Counted from the first letter of the whole stretch, positions 1 to 12,599 are shown. The stretch: DNA of 63,994 nucleotides, filler included, from Porpidia crustulata (GCA_964255105.1; 5 parts of 5 records of this genome joined end to end with filler, not necessarily neighbours in it); one strand, 5' to 3'. Numbers and translations: made by a program. Notes: generated by a model not told the origin, from the sequence alone.

Positions 1-456
1 GGGATTTAGAGGGGCAAAATGGGGGAAGGAGATTCATTGGAAGGTGTTGGGGCTGCGAGTTTGATGGATGCGCCGATCGTGCCTCGAAGAGAATGATATG
101 GTGCTTCTCTTGATATGAAAGCCGTGCCTTGATATCACAAACATCATACTTTAGGCACTCAAAAGACAAATTCTATGCATTCGTGTCACTAACATAAAGA
201 GCGCCATAAAGATGCGTCCCCAATCCCGTCCGTGAAACCAGGGCACCTGTTACTTGCGTCCTATGCGTCAACTTTTACCCAATTAATAGATAGCAGAGCT
301 TGCAGCAACAAGCCAGCCCGCACATTTTTTACCGGTGCCTAACATCCAGCACATACCACTGAGGAAACGCCGGATAGATGATGTTATAGAGTCTCGTATC
401 CTGCCAATCGTTACCCCCAAAGCCCACAGTGGCTTCGTGCGAAACAGGGTTTATCC

Positions 457-3100
457 CTAATTACCTCCTTGCCCAGGCATTGAGTAGACTCCGTTCTGAT
501 AGCTTGGCATCGACTGTCCGTTACCCATGGCTTGTAAATTCATAGAGGCATGAATATTCGTAGGCAAAGAATGCTGAGACTCAGGCATGCTACGTACATC
601 AGGTGGCGGAGGCTTAGGTGGTAGATGGGCCGGCGTTCCCCATTTCGATAGCGAGCTATGGCCCGGCGACTGTGAGTCGTTTGTCTGTGATGATGTTTTC
701 CGTGTTGCATGGGATCTAGGATCTGAGATTGGAGCATAGAGGTTAGGTCCGGGCATTGGTGACATGAAAGGCATGGTTGGAGTCAAGGAAGGCTGTATAT
801 AGGCCGCGGTTTGCTGAACGTAGGATTGATTCTGACTTCCATTGGACATGGGTCTGCTGCCATACGATGTAGTCTGTGGAGAAGCATATCCTGTACTTGG
901 GACGAAGGACCTTGTTTGTGGGTTGAATGCTTGTCGGTTGTAGCTACCAGGAAGAGGATGGGGTGCCTTTCCACCAGGGGTGTGGGATTGGTATGGCAAT
1001 TGTCCGTACTGATAAGGTATAGTAGGTAAAGTACTAGGAGATGGACGATCCTGCATTTGGAGAGGATGCACTGGTTGCTGGTCTCTTGGCTGCTGGTAGG
1101 GGTACGAGTAGCTGTTCTGCGGCCAGGGCTGGTCCACCATTTGAGGCTGAGGGTGAGATAGCTGAGCGTTACTACTAAGGCTTGGTGACGATCTTGCCGG
1201 AGAGTGTTGCCCAGCCATTGTTGGTGGTATTGGCTGGTAATATTGCTGAGGAGTATGCTGATTGTAAACCGCAAAATTGTTATGTTGTCCAGGCATGTTT
1301 GACCCGCCCGCCAATGGACTCTGTTGCATAATCATTGTATATGCTGATGCACTGGGCATGGTATGGTACGCTTGGTTGTATCCCTGCTGATACATGGGGG
1401 GGGTTAGACTGCTTGATGGACTTATGACATTACTTTGTTGTGGACCGTAAGGACTGAAGTACGCTGCTGAATTCCCGGTTTGATCAAAGGTAGTCGTTGG
1501 ATATTGCAAAGATGGATAGTAAGCATTGTACTGTGATCGTGCATGAAACCCATCGTCGTTGTTTCTGTGCTTTTTTGTCTTTTTCTTCTCGTTCGCCGAG
1601 CTGGCACGCGATACTTCATTCGACGGCACGTTTACGGCAGCAGCGTCTCCATCTTCGTTGCTATTCTCAAACCCTTTGAAGATGCGCTCTCTTGTCTCTC
1701 TATACTTTGCTTCTCTCTCCTCACGCGTCATGGAAGCCTTATCCTTTGCGTTGCAAGAGTCAGTCGGCGACACTACACCGGTATCTTGCTGACTACCGTC
1801 CCCAGCTTCGGACCCCGACTTAGATGCAATTATAGAGTTATTGTTAGTAGCGGGTCCCGAATCGGTAGGCTGGCGGTCTTTTCCTAGTCCAGCACGTCGC
1901 ATGATCTTCACAGCTGGCTGCGACGCAGGTGTATGGTCAGTGGTTACAGGAACCCGTGGAATAGCGCTCAAGGGGGTAGGACTTAATCCCGTAATCAGCA
2001 ACAAAGAATTTTATCGGGAGTGGTCCATACTTACATTCGACAATAGGGTGTCCTATACAGTCGTACAGCGCTCACAGCATTATCCACAAAATGGGTCAAA
2101 GCGTAATAATCCGCTAGCTTGTGTGTGAGCAATCGGTAAAATGAATGACAAGATGGTAGGTCGATGATAGGTTCCCTGAGCATTTATTTAGTATTTTTGA
2201 GTGTAAGGTTCTCGCAAACTTACGTTGAATCTTGAACAAATTTGATTATCGTCTCCTCCAGCTGTAAAAGGAAGAAGCGGTCCTTCGGCGATTCTAGAGC
2301 TTCAAATAATTTCTCATCAGGCTCTTGATATTGATACGTGAAGGAAGGTCCATTTGTAGTAATAGCTGGTGTTCCGGGTATAGTGTTTGATGCAATCAGA
2401 GGAACAAGAGGGGCGAGTGACACTTGCTGGCCCTCCTCCAAAATTCCGGGTATAACACGTCGAGTAATGACATTCGAGCGGTGAGGACTGGGGCCTATCC
2501 TCTCAGATATCTCGTAAAACTGATCTCGGAAAGCTCTACTTCCGGCCTCTGATCCCACTCTAGAATTTGCAGTTCCAGAAGCAGGTCCTGAATAGAAGTC
2601 CTCCTCCTCTGCCGCTTTCACGCTGGCACTGTCATCTGGACGAAGAGACTCTTTCTCGTCTAACGCAAAAGCTGTTCCAGATGTGGCGCTCTTGCCATCG
2701 AGGCTGGCAGGCTTTGTGGATGTGGAGGAAACCTGGGTTTGATCGTCATCGAGCTTGTGTCCAGCTTTGACCGTGACATTAGTCTCTTGATTATGATTAA
2801 CGATGGCAATTTGGGTTGATTCCTTCACCGTCAGTCGCGAGATCGAGGTTTGAAGATCCCTTTGCATCTGCGCTGTATGTAGGTTTTCTGGACCAGCCAA
2901 CGTCCGTTTCACGAGCGGCCCCGAAGGCGATGCGTCCGTGGGTTTTATTGTGCCGCCTGCTTGCTTTGTTTTTGCAGGAGCAGCCATTGCTGCAATCTAG
3001 AGTCGCTATCAGCTACTATATCAAGTCACGGAGCAGTATTTGCACATACAGTCGCAAATGAAGGCTTTAGACCAGTCATCGTAGAATTTTGGGTAGCCAT
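457..3100 (-). CDS. R3H + SUZ domain RNA-binding protein (encore/RBS1-like)
   Basis: Spliced exons 3100-3050, 2996-2224, 2175-2035, 1981-457 with GT-AG introns. Exon 3 encodes the R3H core (LPSCHSFYRLLTHKLADYYALTH). SUZ motif MTREEREAKYRETRERIF, then a Q/P/Y-rich tail. The first exon is inferred. Confidence 0.85.
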
Positions 3101-3803
3101 AGCGTACTCGAGACTATTGGCGCATACAAATGAATGATGACGCTCAACGACCGGTCCTTCCTTCGAATTTTGAATCAAATGAGTGTAAAAGTTGGAGTTT
3201 GTAGAATGTAAAAAGGTCAAGGAGAATGCATATCAAAAGCGTCTGACTGCACCGAAAGAGGGTCCTTTGACATTGTGGAGGCTCGCCATGCGTAGTGACC
3301 GAGCTTTCCCGTCTATAGCACCTTTCGACTATAAGTGGTGATTGCTGGAAGTTTCAAAGAGGCACGCTGTCAATACTGACGGTGGGGTAGTTGTAACTTG
3401 GGAACCGCTGGAGTAATGCCGACAGGATTCCAGGTCGCTTGTAGCAAAGGTGGTCAGTGCCTCAAGTCAGGGCTTGAGGAGGAAGGTGGAGAGTTATTGG
3501 AAGCATCAGCCTCAAGAGATGTAGTGGGGATTCACTTCCCAGCACCGTCGCCTAGCCTCTTCCGCCAAGGCGCGCTAGGGCGGGATCGAACCGGCTGTGG
3601 CTCGCTTAGTCATAGCCTTATTGCTCACTTCAACTTCAAAAAAAGGCTGAGCCGCGAAGGGCTTTCTGGACGGCTGAGCTTCATAGGTGTTAAACACATT
3701 ACATTATGCTTCATGACCCTAACCACTTCAAGCTGATGAGAATTGGGCCGCGTACTCATCATCGTTGATATTGTCGTCCTTAGAATCCCGCACTGAATAT
3801 CAA

Positions 3804-5046
3804 ATGAATCGCTACCGTGGACCAACTGCTATCGGACAGTCGAAAGCTACATCACAAACTCTATGCCAAAAATGCTTAAAGCGAGATGAGTTTCCCTGAA
3901 GTTACTAGGCATCTCGTCTCAACTAACACTCTTTACGGCACTACAGTTTCGAATGTAAAACCACTGCGCAGGATAGGCCATATGCTTCGCGACCTTCAAG
4001 AACGCAACAGCTAGCAAATCCTAAACTTCTGCCGAAGCTATCTAGCGATGTCGCAAATGATCTACTTCGAAAGTCAGTTTGGTGCACATATAATCAAGCT
4101 AGAAGATGGACTGACGACTTTCAGAACGGGTGTAGCAGATGAAGAGCTTGCCAAAAAGGAAGCGGAACGTGGCCGAAAACGCAAGGCAGACGAAAATTCC
4201 CCTCTGGATGATTCACAGAAGCGGCCTAGATCTACTTCAACCTCATCTTCAACATCAATATCTACCATCTCTACGAACCTCTCACGCTCACCCAATGCCA
4301 GACATACATCCAAACATCATCCTAGAGGGTACCCTGAATCATCCAAATACAGACAAGCGGTATTTTCCCAACAGGCAGTCCATAAAACTAGGAGCCGGTC
4401 AAGCTTATCAACAATTTCGTATTCATCAGAGTCGTCAGCAGACCGGAGACGCAAGGACCGTTCCAAATATTCGGAACATCGCAGACATTTGTCCACTCAC
4501 AGGAAGGAGCAGAACGCCCGCGGGGCGGGGGGTGGCCTTTTGCGTAGCGCTCCTCGCAAACGCAGGAGAAGTTCTTCCTCCTCATCGCTATCGTATACCT
4601 CAGAATCATCTCATGAAGGTAGAAGGAGAGATATCTCAATGACCGAACACCGAAATACGAGACGTCGGCGATCCTCCATAAGTCCAAAACATCGTGGGCG
4701 AGATAGGAATTTTGATGAGGGAAAAACCAAAAGGAGGCGAAGCCGTAGTAATAGCATGGATAGAAGCCAAGTGGCGCGAAATCGACAATCAATGACTCCA
4801 GGTGCGGCGCCTCGCAGAGATGGGAATCGAAATGGTGCTGGAATTCAAGACCAGCGGCCCACGACAGCTCATGGCCGCCGCTTGTCAAACGATGACGATC
4901 GCTATGGAAGTAGCATCAGGAATCAGGACCACAATGAATCCAGGCGTACTAGGCCCCCGCAGCCACCTTCACCTCGACGGGAAAGAAGTTTAAGCCCGTT
5001 CAGCAAGCGCTTAGCTCTTACCCAAGCAATGAATATGGGACGTTAA
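3804..5046 (+). CDS. Zinc-knuckle (ZCCHC10-like) protein with RS-rich C-terminus
   Basis: Exons 3804-3885, 3937-4072, 4125-5046 give MNRYRGPT...TLCQKCLKRGHYSFECKTTAQDRPYASRPSRTQQL and an Arg/Ser-rich tail ending RERSLSPFSKRLALTQAMNMGR. Intron 1 is AT-AC; intron 2 (4073-4124) is GT-AG. Confidence 0.85.
3886..3936 (+). other. Non-canonical AT-AC spliceosomal intron (U2-like signals)
   Basis: Starts ATGAGT, has branch CTAAC at 3923-3927, ends CTTTAC. It contains an in-frame TGA, and its removal restores CX2CX4HX4C exactly. Confidence 0.75.
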
Positions 5047-5453
5047 CAAGCTTATGCTAGGGTTGGGCGTTCACGCAACAGGGCAATATATGCGACCCGC
5101 GTATCTATGGAAGGTGGCGTTTTTGGCTCGTTCCCTTCCTTTGAAGGCAGGTCATTGTGTCAATGAAGAATGGAGTACAATGTTTACTGTCTACCAGGAC
5201 TTGGTATGGGATTTCCTGACTGAAGAGCTCACGTAGGTTGGACTTTGCATAATATTAGCAGCCTTTTGAGTATCACAAATCATTCTCATTAAGAGTCTTT
5301 CCTGTAACCCATTTCTGTTATCACTCGCGTTCCAGACCCTCCCACCAGACGCCACGCTAAATCGCAGTATGTCCAATCTTTGTAGTAGTCCCTATTCCCA
5401 GAGGTTTGGAGACCTGCGAGCCGTTTGCAGCAAAAACTCAAGGTTTGGACGTA

Positions 5454-6116
5454 TCAAACCAATTCCTCATCCTCCTCCCTCTCCTTCCTCTCGTCTTCCT
5501 CTTCCTCCTTTTCCCTCACATGCACTCCTTGTACCAATTCTTCCCCCTTCATTCCCACTTCTTCCCCAACTACACCCCTCTCACCTTGTGCCCCGGCTTT
5601 CCTCTTTGCGGTCTCAACCCTCTCCCTCACCAATCGCGCAATAGCATTATCGGTCCTCGTATTCAGTCGTTCCATTTTCTTCTCCAGATCTCGCTTTAAA
5701 TCCCAATTGGGTTTCTTGGGCTGCAGCTTGAATAGATCAATCGGCTTCTCTTCTCGCTCCTCCTGCTCCGCTAGAACGTGCGTCTCTTGCGCGATTTGCG
5801 TCGCTCGATCTTCTAGCGTCTCTTGGTCTTCTGTAGGGGCTGCTTCGAAACCGAGCTTGGGACCTCGAGTGGTAGGGTCATAGTTTCGCCCGGAGAGGTA
5901 GGTTGTAGTTACTGAAGGCGGGTCGGAGGCTTCTATTAGTGTTTGTGTTGATGTATTTGACAGCCCAAAGGCTTGAGGTAGGTCGCGAGAGTTTGCCTGA
6001 GGAGGTTCAATCTCAGAGTAGCTCTCGGGCTGCTTGCGTTTAAGGGATTTCAGCTTTGCGAGGCGGAGTTTGCGTTCCGTAGCGGCTGCATCGAGTGAGA
6101 TGTGTGCGGAGGCCAT
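5454..6116 (-). CDS. cwf18: Pre-mRNA splicing factor Cwf18 (CCDC12 family)
   Basis: Motifs ERKLRLAKLKSLKRK, SGRNYDP and DLFKLQPKKPNWDLKRDLEKKMERLNTRTDNAIARLVRER; ATG at 6116. Confidence 0.92.
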   Translation of the reverse strand: MASAHISLDAAATERKLRLAKLKSLKRKQPESYSEIEPPQANSRDLPQAFGLSNTSTQTLIEASDPPSVTTTYLSGRNYDPTTRGPKLGFEAAPTEDQETLEDRATQIAQETHVLAEQEEREEKPIDLFKLQPKKPNWDLKRDLEKKMERLNTRTDNAIARLVRERVETAKRKAGAQGERGVVGEEVGMKGEELVQGVHVREKEEEEDERKEREEDEELV

Positions 6117-6378
6117 CTTGAACAAATTTTCCCAAATGGCTGCCACAGCTAAGATAACTAGAGCCACATAGGAAACTGGGGGAAATGATTCGGCCCCGCC
6201 ATTCCAGTGAAAGTTGATGTTAAGATCACGCCCACGTGAAGCTGCTAAGGTAGTGCACGGGCCACCAACATTTGCTGCTATGGAAACATATTTCTAATAC
6301 GATTATATACTTGCTTCAACTACAAAGGATTGATGAGCGTTGGGAGGAATCTCCGTCTGGGAATGGGACTTTGCTTCT

Positions 6379-8586
6379 ATGCTCGCACGTAATGTCCATA
6401 CGCTTCAGTTTTTAACGAGTTTGAACTCGACGCGACAAGTAGCAATCAGTCCACCGTTGCGCCGTTATACATTTCCTACTAGACAGCCCGCCGGAGAAGG
6501 GAGAGTAGCAAAGACCGACGACGTGAAAGACAAAGCTGTGACCTCAGGAACGCAGCAAAGCCTGAGAACGCCTAGAGCGCGGGCCTGCGCAAGTGCACCA
6601 CAAAAACGTCACAAGTTCGGGGACCCAAGATTAGTCGAAAGTTTGGGATCCATAGTGGACAACGGCAAACCGATACTCAAGCTAATAGTACCCGAGCGGG
6701 TTCAATTCAAGTCGTTGAGGCTTTGGAACACCACGGATCAGGGCAATGAGAATCAAGATTGTGTCGCTTCGTTGTCGACAGACTGGTCAACGAAGTATGC
6801 CGCTATATCGGAGACTAGGATCGAACAGCACCTCTTCGACGTTCATGAAGATCTCATAGGACTTCTTCTTGGTCGTTCCAATGATAGGGATGCCACCGTC
6901 AAGTCGTGGATGCTGATTCCACCCTCGATACGTGAGAGGTACTGGCATACAATGATGCTCTGGGCACTACGGAACAGCCCAGAGCGAGCGTTAAAGCTGC
7001 TCGATGCCTCCATCGTTACACCTCAACTCAGGCCTGCGAGACATGTCGTTGAGGATTGCTTGAACTACCTCACTACATTCTACCTCAAGAAAAGTTCAGT
7101 AGATCCACTTATCGTTGACACTCTTCTTCGCCTCGTTTGCAATTTTGCAGAAGCATCTGCGGCAAGATCAGCGGGCTTCTCCTCATTTCCACAACCTGCT
7201 GTATATCTGCTCCTCCAGCATTGCAAAGGTCAAGAGATCGAAGCTCTCTTTGCGACTTTGTGCAGACACAATATGACATTACACCCGTTTACATTGTTTC
7301 ACTTTTTAGGGAAATTTGTTGACATGGGAAAGATTGAGCTGTCATTGGAGATACTACGCCATCTTGTTATTACCAGTGCTAATTTTACTTCCGATATATT
7401 TCAAAGTGCATGCGTCAAGCTGTTGCGAGGCCCAGTCCATACAGAAAATAGGTACAACATTCAATCCAGCATTCTCACGCAAGTCCTTGAGGCTGGGATA
7501 CGCCCAGGTATCATCATGTGCAATGTGATCATTCTCAACGCTATCGAGGCCGGTGATTATCAGACCGCTTGGCACATGTTTGATCTGGCCCGCGAGAACG
7601 GCCTTAGACCCGACGCAACTACATACTCCATTATGTTGAAAGGCGTAAAAAGCAACTCGAATTTCGACATTATTGACCATGTCATCCATAACGCCGAGGG
7701 GCAGGGCCACCTACCACAAGATAGATGGCTTGTTGGAGATGTGCTTCACGCTATGTTTATCAAAGAGCTGGTTCGAAATCAAGAAAACCCGTTCACCGCT
7801 CTACTTCGAATTTATACCCGGTACTGTGACGTTGGTCCTCTTCGCGATTTGAGCTTAATATCTGACATCGTTAAAACTCCGCTCAACTTCAGACGCCAGG
7901 TGCAAAGCCCATCTTCTTGGACTATCGGCCTCATGATTATGGCGTATATCAAGCAACATCAGGATTCAGCTCACTTAGCGCAGCGGTACACACGATACCA
8001 TAAGCTAGTCGTTGAAGGTCACTCACTACTTGCGCCGACCGCGCAAGGCGACTATATTTACAATGCTTTTATTTTGGCTCTCGGTCGGAGGCCTCAATCT
8101 CTAAGATATTGTGTGGATGTGATCAAGGATATGTTGCCATCCCCAAGGGAAGTTCATGATGCTAAGCCTATCAAGGTAGCTATACCCACTGTGAGAACAT
8201 GGTCGATTCTTGCTGCCGCTTACTTCCATCATGGGCAACAACTTGCCGCTAAAAAAGTGCTCAAAATGATGGAAGCTCGGGGACTGCGACCGAATCAAGT
8301 TACGTGGAACATCATCATCGGCGGTTACTCCAAACTACAAGATGTCGATAGTGCTGTACAGGCCGTGAAGGACATGGAGGCAGCAGGCTTCGAAGCTGAT
8401 GCTCATACGTTGAAAGGCTTGGGAAGGTTCCAGGATCGTAGCCGTATGCTAGAGGCTCTGAAGAAAGCTACTAAACTGGAGGAAGGAGCAGAGTATGGGG
8501 CCAGCAATCCTATAGGTAGCTCTACATCTAGAGAAGGGGCGCCGGAGCAACAGCCCGGGATGAATTACCAATTAGGTCTTGCATGA
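6379..8586 (+). CDS. Pentatricopeptide repeat (PPR) protein, probably mitochondrial
   Basis: Tandem 35-aa PPR motifs (MCNVIILNAIEAGDYQTAWHMFDLARENGLRPDATTYSIMLKG; TWSILAAAYFHHGQQLAAKKVLKMMEARGLRPNQVTWNIIIGGY). First ATG at 6379 with a basic N-terminus. Confidence 0.88.
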   Translation: MLARNVHTLQFLTSLNSTRQVAISPPLRRYTFPTRQPAGEGRVAKTDDVKDKAVTSGTQQSLRTPRARACASAPQKRHKFGDPRLVESLGSIVDNGKPILKLIVPERVQFKSLRLWNTTDQGNENQDCVASLSTDWSTKYAAISETRIEQHLFDVHEDLIGLLLGRSNDRDATVKSWMLIPPSIRERYWHTMMLWALRNSPERALKLLDASIVTPQLRPARHVVEDCLNYLTTFYLKKSSVDPLIVDTLLRLVCNFAEASAARSAGFSSFPQPAVYLLLQHCKGQEIEALFATLCRHNMTLHPFTLFHFLGKFVDMGKIELSLEILRHLVITSANFTSDIFQSACVKLLRGPVHTENRYNIQSSILTQVLEAGIRPGIIMCNVIILNAIEAGDYQTAWHMFDLARENGLRPDATTYSIMLKGVKSNSNFDIIDHVIHNAEGQGHLPQDRWLVGDVLHAMFIKELVRNQENPFTALLRIYTRYCDVGPLRDLSLISDIVKTPLNFRRQVQSPSSWTIGLMIMAYIKQHQDSAHLAQRYTRYHKLVVEGHSLLAPTAQGDYIYNAFILALGRRPQSLRYCVDVIKDMLPSPREVHDAKPIKVAIPTVRTWSILAAAYFHHGQQLAAKKVLKMMEARGLRPNQVTWNIIIGGYSKLQDVDSAVQAVKDMEAAGFEADAHTLKGLGRFQDRSRMLEALKKATKLEEGAEYGASNPIGSSTSREGAPEQQPGMNYQLGLA

Positions 8587-10270
8587 CCTCTACCGCGAAA
8601 CCACTCACGCTGACCTGAGTTGTGAAATCGCCATTCTAATACGCTGACTGACAATCGGGAGTGGTATGGATCAAAACAGATACATATTCTGGGCTGGTAC
8701 CTGGTACTTCCCCGATGACCAAGATGAATCGCTCCAACGAAGATAAGAAAACCATGTGGTTCAACGAAAAAGCTTCTTGGTCGGAATCGAGTTATGTGCC
8801 AGTGAAGTGTTCACCATCTTAGAGGAATGGTCAATACAACGTAGTGCAGCACATACGCATGCCGCTGAGAATTGTTGCTACTGGTTGAAGCAATAGAGTT
8901 CTGGATACTCACAGACACTGCAGGGTTTGTTAATTTCTGAATGTACTCGAAACTGCTATACTTGCAGGCTCGACTTTCATCATTACCTGGTAATAACATT
9001 GTCTTCGAATACCTATGCGATCTTCGTCCATGCGATATCCGACTGCTCGGATGGAGAATTTACATCCGCACCCAACCACTAACCCTCGTCGTTAGCCATG
9101 ATCCCAACAGTTCTGGCTCGGGAAAACCCGGGCGTCTCTCAGGACACAAAGACAAAATCTCCAGAACATGGGATATTCTTTGGAGCAGATGAGCGAAGAC
9201 TTTACTTACACGCAGCGCGCTCGCGAGCCCCTACAAAAGAGGCTAAATTAGGATAGACGATACCGTGTCCAAGAAACGACGCTCGTGGCTGAGGCTGTGG
9301 AAATCGTAAGAGTATTAGGACAACGAGTAACAAGAGTCAAATCTTGGCCAGGCCTTCGCAACATAGCATGAGCGGGTTCTTTTTCGAGCCATGATGTCAC
9401 TTAGTCTCTTGTGGCCAATTTTTGTCCAACTCATGCCCAGGTCATGTTGTTGGTTTCACCATCAAGGATCGAACACACCTTGATCGCAGTCCTTGGTCCC
9501 TTTGAATCTTAAGGCGATAAAAGTTACGCCAACGCAGACAGGATTTGATATGTTATCTAAATTCTAAGCCGCTGCGTCAGGAACTGTTGGCCACTAGAAT
9601 TAGGCAATCACTCGGATTGCATAGGAGGGCTTATTTGATTAAGAAGTGGTAGTATTTTTCATATCGGTGATTCCTCCGAGGTCATATGAAACTATGCAGT
9701 ATACAAGACTATTAGGCTTATTTGCGTGGGGGCACTTGGCAGCTTCCACACAAACTAGACTTTACTTTGCCGTGGACTGGCACTAGGGAGAAGAGGGAAC
9801 TGTTTCATTCCCAAATCATGTGTTACCATGCGAGCTATTCCTGCCGGGCTCCTCCCTGCTCTTCTACGGTGTCTCCGACAAGTACAGGCCGAAAGGAGCG
9901 AAGTCTCAATATGAGCCCAATAGAGATTGCGGTTATCATTATCTCGATCACGGGTTCATCCACGACACCAAACTTTCTGTAGTGGAGTCAACTTTAGTCC
10001 CTCAAAAAGCTCGGAATCTTGTCGTGCCCATTGAGGTCCACTGTGGAACCCAACGTCTTACACTTTCGCAAGTATGCTTAGAAACATCCGAAATTACCAA
10101 CCGATCTGAACACATGCTTCTTACGAATGAAGTGTCTATGCCTTCATTATGCGTAATTTGTGCAAGATACCCTTTATATCGTCAGCAGTCCCCATGGATT
10201 CTTGTGCTCAGCAGATTGTCTCAGTACGGTTAGAACAACTCAAAATCACTTGAAGACTGTCACAAGGACC

Positions 10271-11672
10271 ATGTATACATTTACCTCCTTCCATCTTATC
10301 ACTAGCTTGATTTGCACGTCCTTGGTGCTCACGTCTTCCATCGACTTTCCTACAGGGGAACAAAAACGACAGTACACTAATTGCACTGATCTAGGCGAGC
10401 CGTTCGACGAGAGCTGCTGGCACACTCTTGATATTGCCGGGTATCTTCACAACTGGAACCAGACTATAACTATCTGCACGAGAAATCAAACCGCTTGTTG
10501 TAAGCCTACGGAGCCGTGGACAACCTGTTTCCTCCGACTCGCGCACGGAAGGCCTGGCAGTGACTGTAGTGAGATCAACCCCCAATTTTGTTCTTACGAT
10601 CCTACTTTAAAGAATGGTATCGATCAGACGACCGCGCCTCAGGTTCAATACGTAGTCAAAAACATTTACGGTAATTGCCTTGTCAAAGTCGAAATTGTAA
10701 TTGATACTGAGTTTTGCTTCAACAGCCATCAATGACTTCTTTTCAAGCTGGTTCAACGCTCTGGGTCACGCAACTGCGCAGGCCCAACTCATAGTGTCTC
10801 CCGTGATCAACGAACTGGACCCTCCGATAGCGTGTTGGTTCGTCCTAAGAGACGTCTTCTTCGCGCTCGCTCTTGGCCTCGCCTTTATAGCAGGACCGGA
10901 GGCCGCCGGCGTTACTGGCCTACTAGCTGCGACTGCAACTTCTGGCAGAGCTCTGCTCAAAGGGCTACAGCAAACACCCACCATGGGTCGTGGAATATGG
11001 CCGGCCGGGACCGAAAGCTCGAAATCAATCCAAATCGGTGACATGAACACCGAGCTCAACGATGCTACTGGCCAGCTGTCACAAATTATAAACGCTGGTC
11101 TGGAGGTGCTGATGACAGATATGCCATCTTTCGTTACTTTTGCCCAGACTGGCTACTTCTCTGGCTCTCAATCTCTTTCTCTTGCCAAGGAAACCGATGG
11201 TCTCGATATGGGTCTCCGTACCTTTATACTCTCTAACGTCATGGTCTCCAACGGATGGCACGCACATGCTATCGCGAACATTAGCAGAGCCCAGGTCGCA
11301 AAAACGAACATGGACTGCAAATGGAATGGCGACATGTGCGGCGATATCATCTGGTACAGCGGCGCGACCCAGCGCTCCTACGCCATCACGACGAATGGCG
11401 GCGAGCTCTCCACAGCGCAGCTGCTCAAAGACATCGGCGATAATGATTGGTCGACTCTACCGCTGCTGTTCGATGGTGCGTACAGTTGCACAGTCGCAGG
11501 CAATATGGGGAAGTCGCCGAGCTTCATCCACGCTGATGGGACCATTGATATGGATTGCATGTCGCAATTCAAGCTCTGTATTGGGTGCGGCAGTGAGTGC
11601 CCCGTGGCGCTGATCGACGGTCAATGCCCCTTTCCGCCTTGCATGGCAAAGGCAGATGGGAGCTGTTATTGA
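10271..11672 (+). CDS. Secreted cysteine-rich protein of unknown function
   Basis: Signal-like N-terminus MYTFTSFHLITSLICTSLVLTS plus a KR site. GT-AG intron 10671-10725 joins the two ORFs in frame (YVVKNIY/AINDFF). Cys clusters at both ends. Confidence 0.8.
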
Positions 11673-12599
11673 GGGATGAAAGATTGGCCTTTGATCGAGT
11701 GTCAGGGAGGTGATTTATGCAGTTTCCAGGCAACAAATTCCCCAAATTCTGAGCGGCTTTAGCCACAGGTGGAAGATCTACTCGGTGGATACCCCCGATC
11801 ACAAGAAATGGCCCTGAAATCCTTGATCTCTACACCGCGTATGGGTGAAACAGATTCGAGAATTGGGGCTGTCTTTTTTCCCCCTAGTATCCAAGCATTA
11901 CATGGACGCCCCATTGCCCCTTTCCCCTTCCATCCAGCCCTATCAAACACACGCTCTCAGTCACCTCGTCGAACCTGCAGCTTTTGGTTCATTCCATCGT
12001 CATTCCAAGACCTCTGAGCTTATTTAACCAGTCTAAGACCCCAGCATCACATAGAAGAATCGTCGAGATTGGCCCGGGGAAGTGGCGTTAAAGAAGCGCC
12101 GTGGCGATATAGATTATTAGCTTCTAAGACACATGCGAATAGAAAGACCTTGACAACCACCACTCATCGCGCCCGCACCGTGGTTTGCGCGGACCTTTGT
12201 CAGCCGCTTAAAGGCTTATCTATAAATCGGAAACATGTAAATGGACCGTCAGGAACCCTTTCAGCCAGCATACTTGATGAGAGGATCTAGCAGCCGAAAC
12301 CGTGCGAACCCCTGACAGGTGGCGGCAAAAGCTCCCTTGAACTTGTGCAGCGTCTCTCTAGCCCTGTCAAGGAATGATGAGTCGGGAGAACAGTTGAGGC
12401 CTGCCACCAACTGCCTGAATAGTTCTTCCTGCTCCTCATCCGCGATCCCCAGCCGAGGAATGGTCTGTCGCGCTTGTTCAGTCATGCTTTCGCCAGCAGC
12501 CACCCTCTTTCCTGCAGACGTTCCCGAAACCCGACGCTCCGTCTCAATCCTACTCTCTCGGCGCCCATGAAACTCCTCCCCAACATCCAGAAGACATCC

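Noticed and set aside
8600..10260. Short ORFs between the PPR gene and the secreted protein
   Set aside because: No recognisable motifs or coherent splice model.
12261..12503. 80-aa minus-strand ORF with protein-like composition
   Set aside because: No family recognised; it lies just downstream of the hydrolase stop codon.
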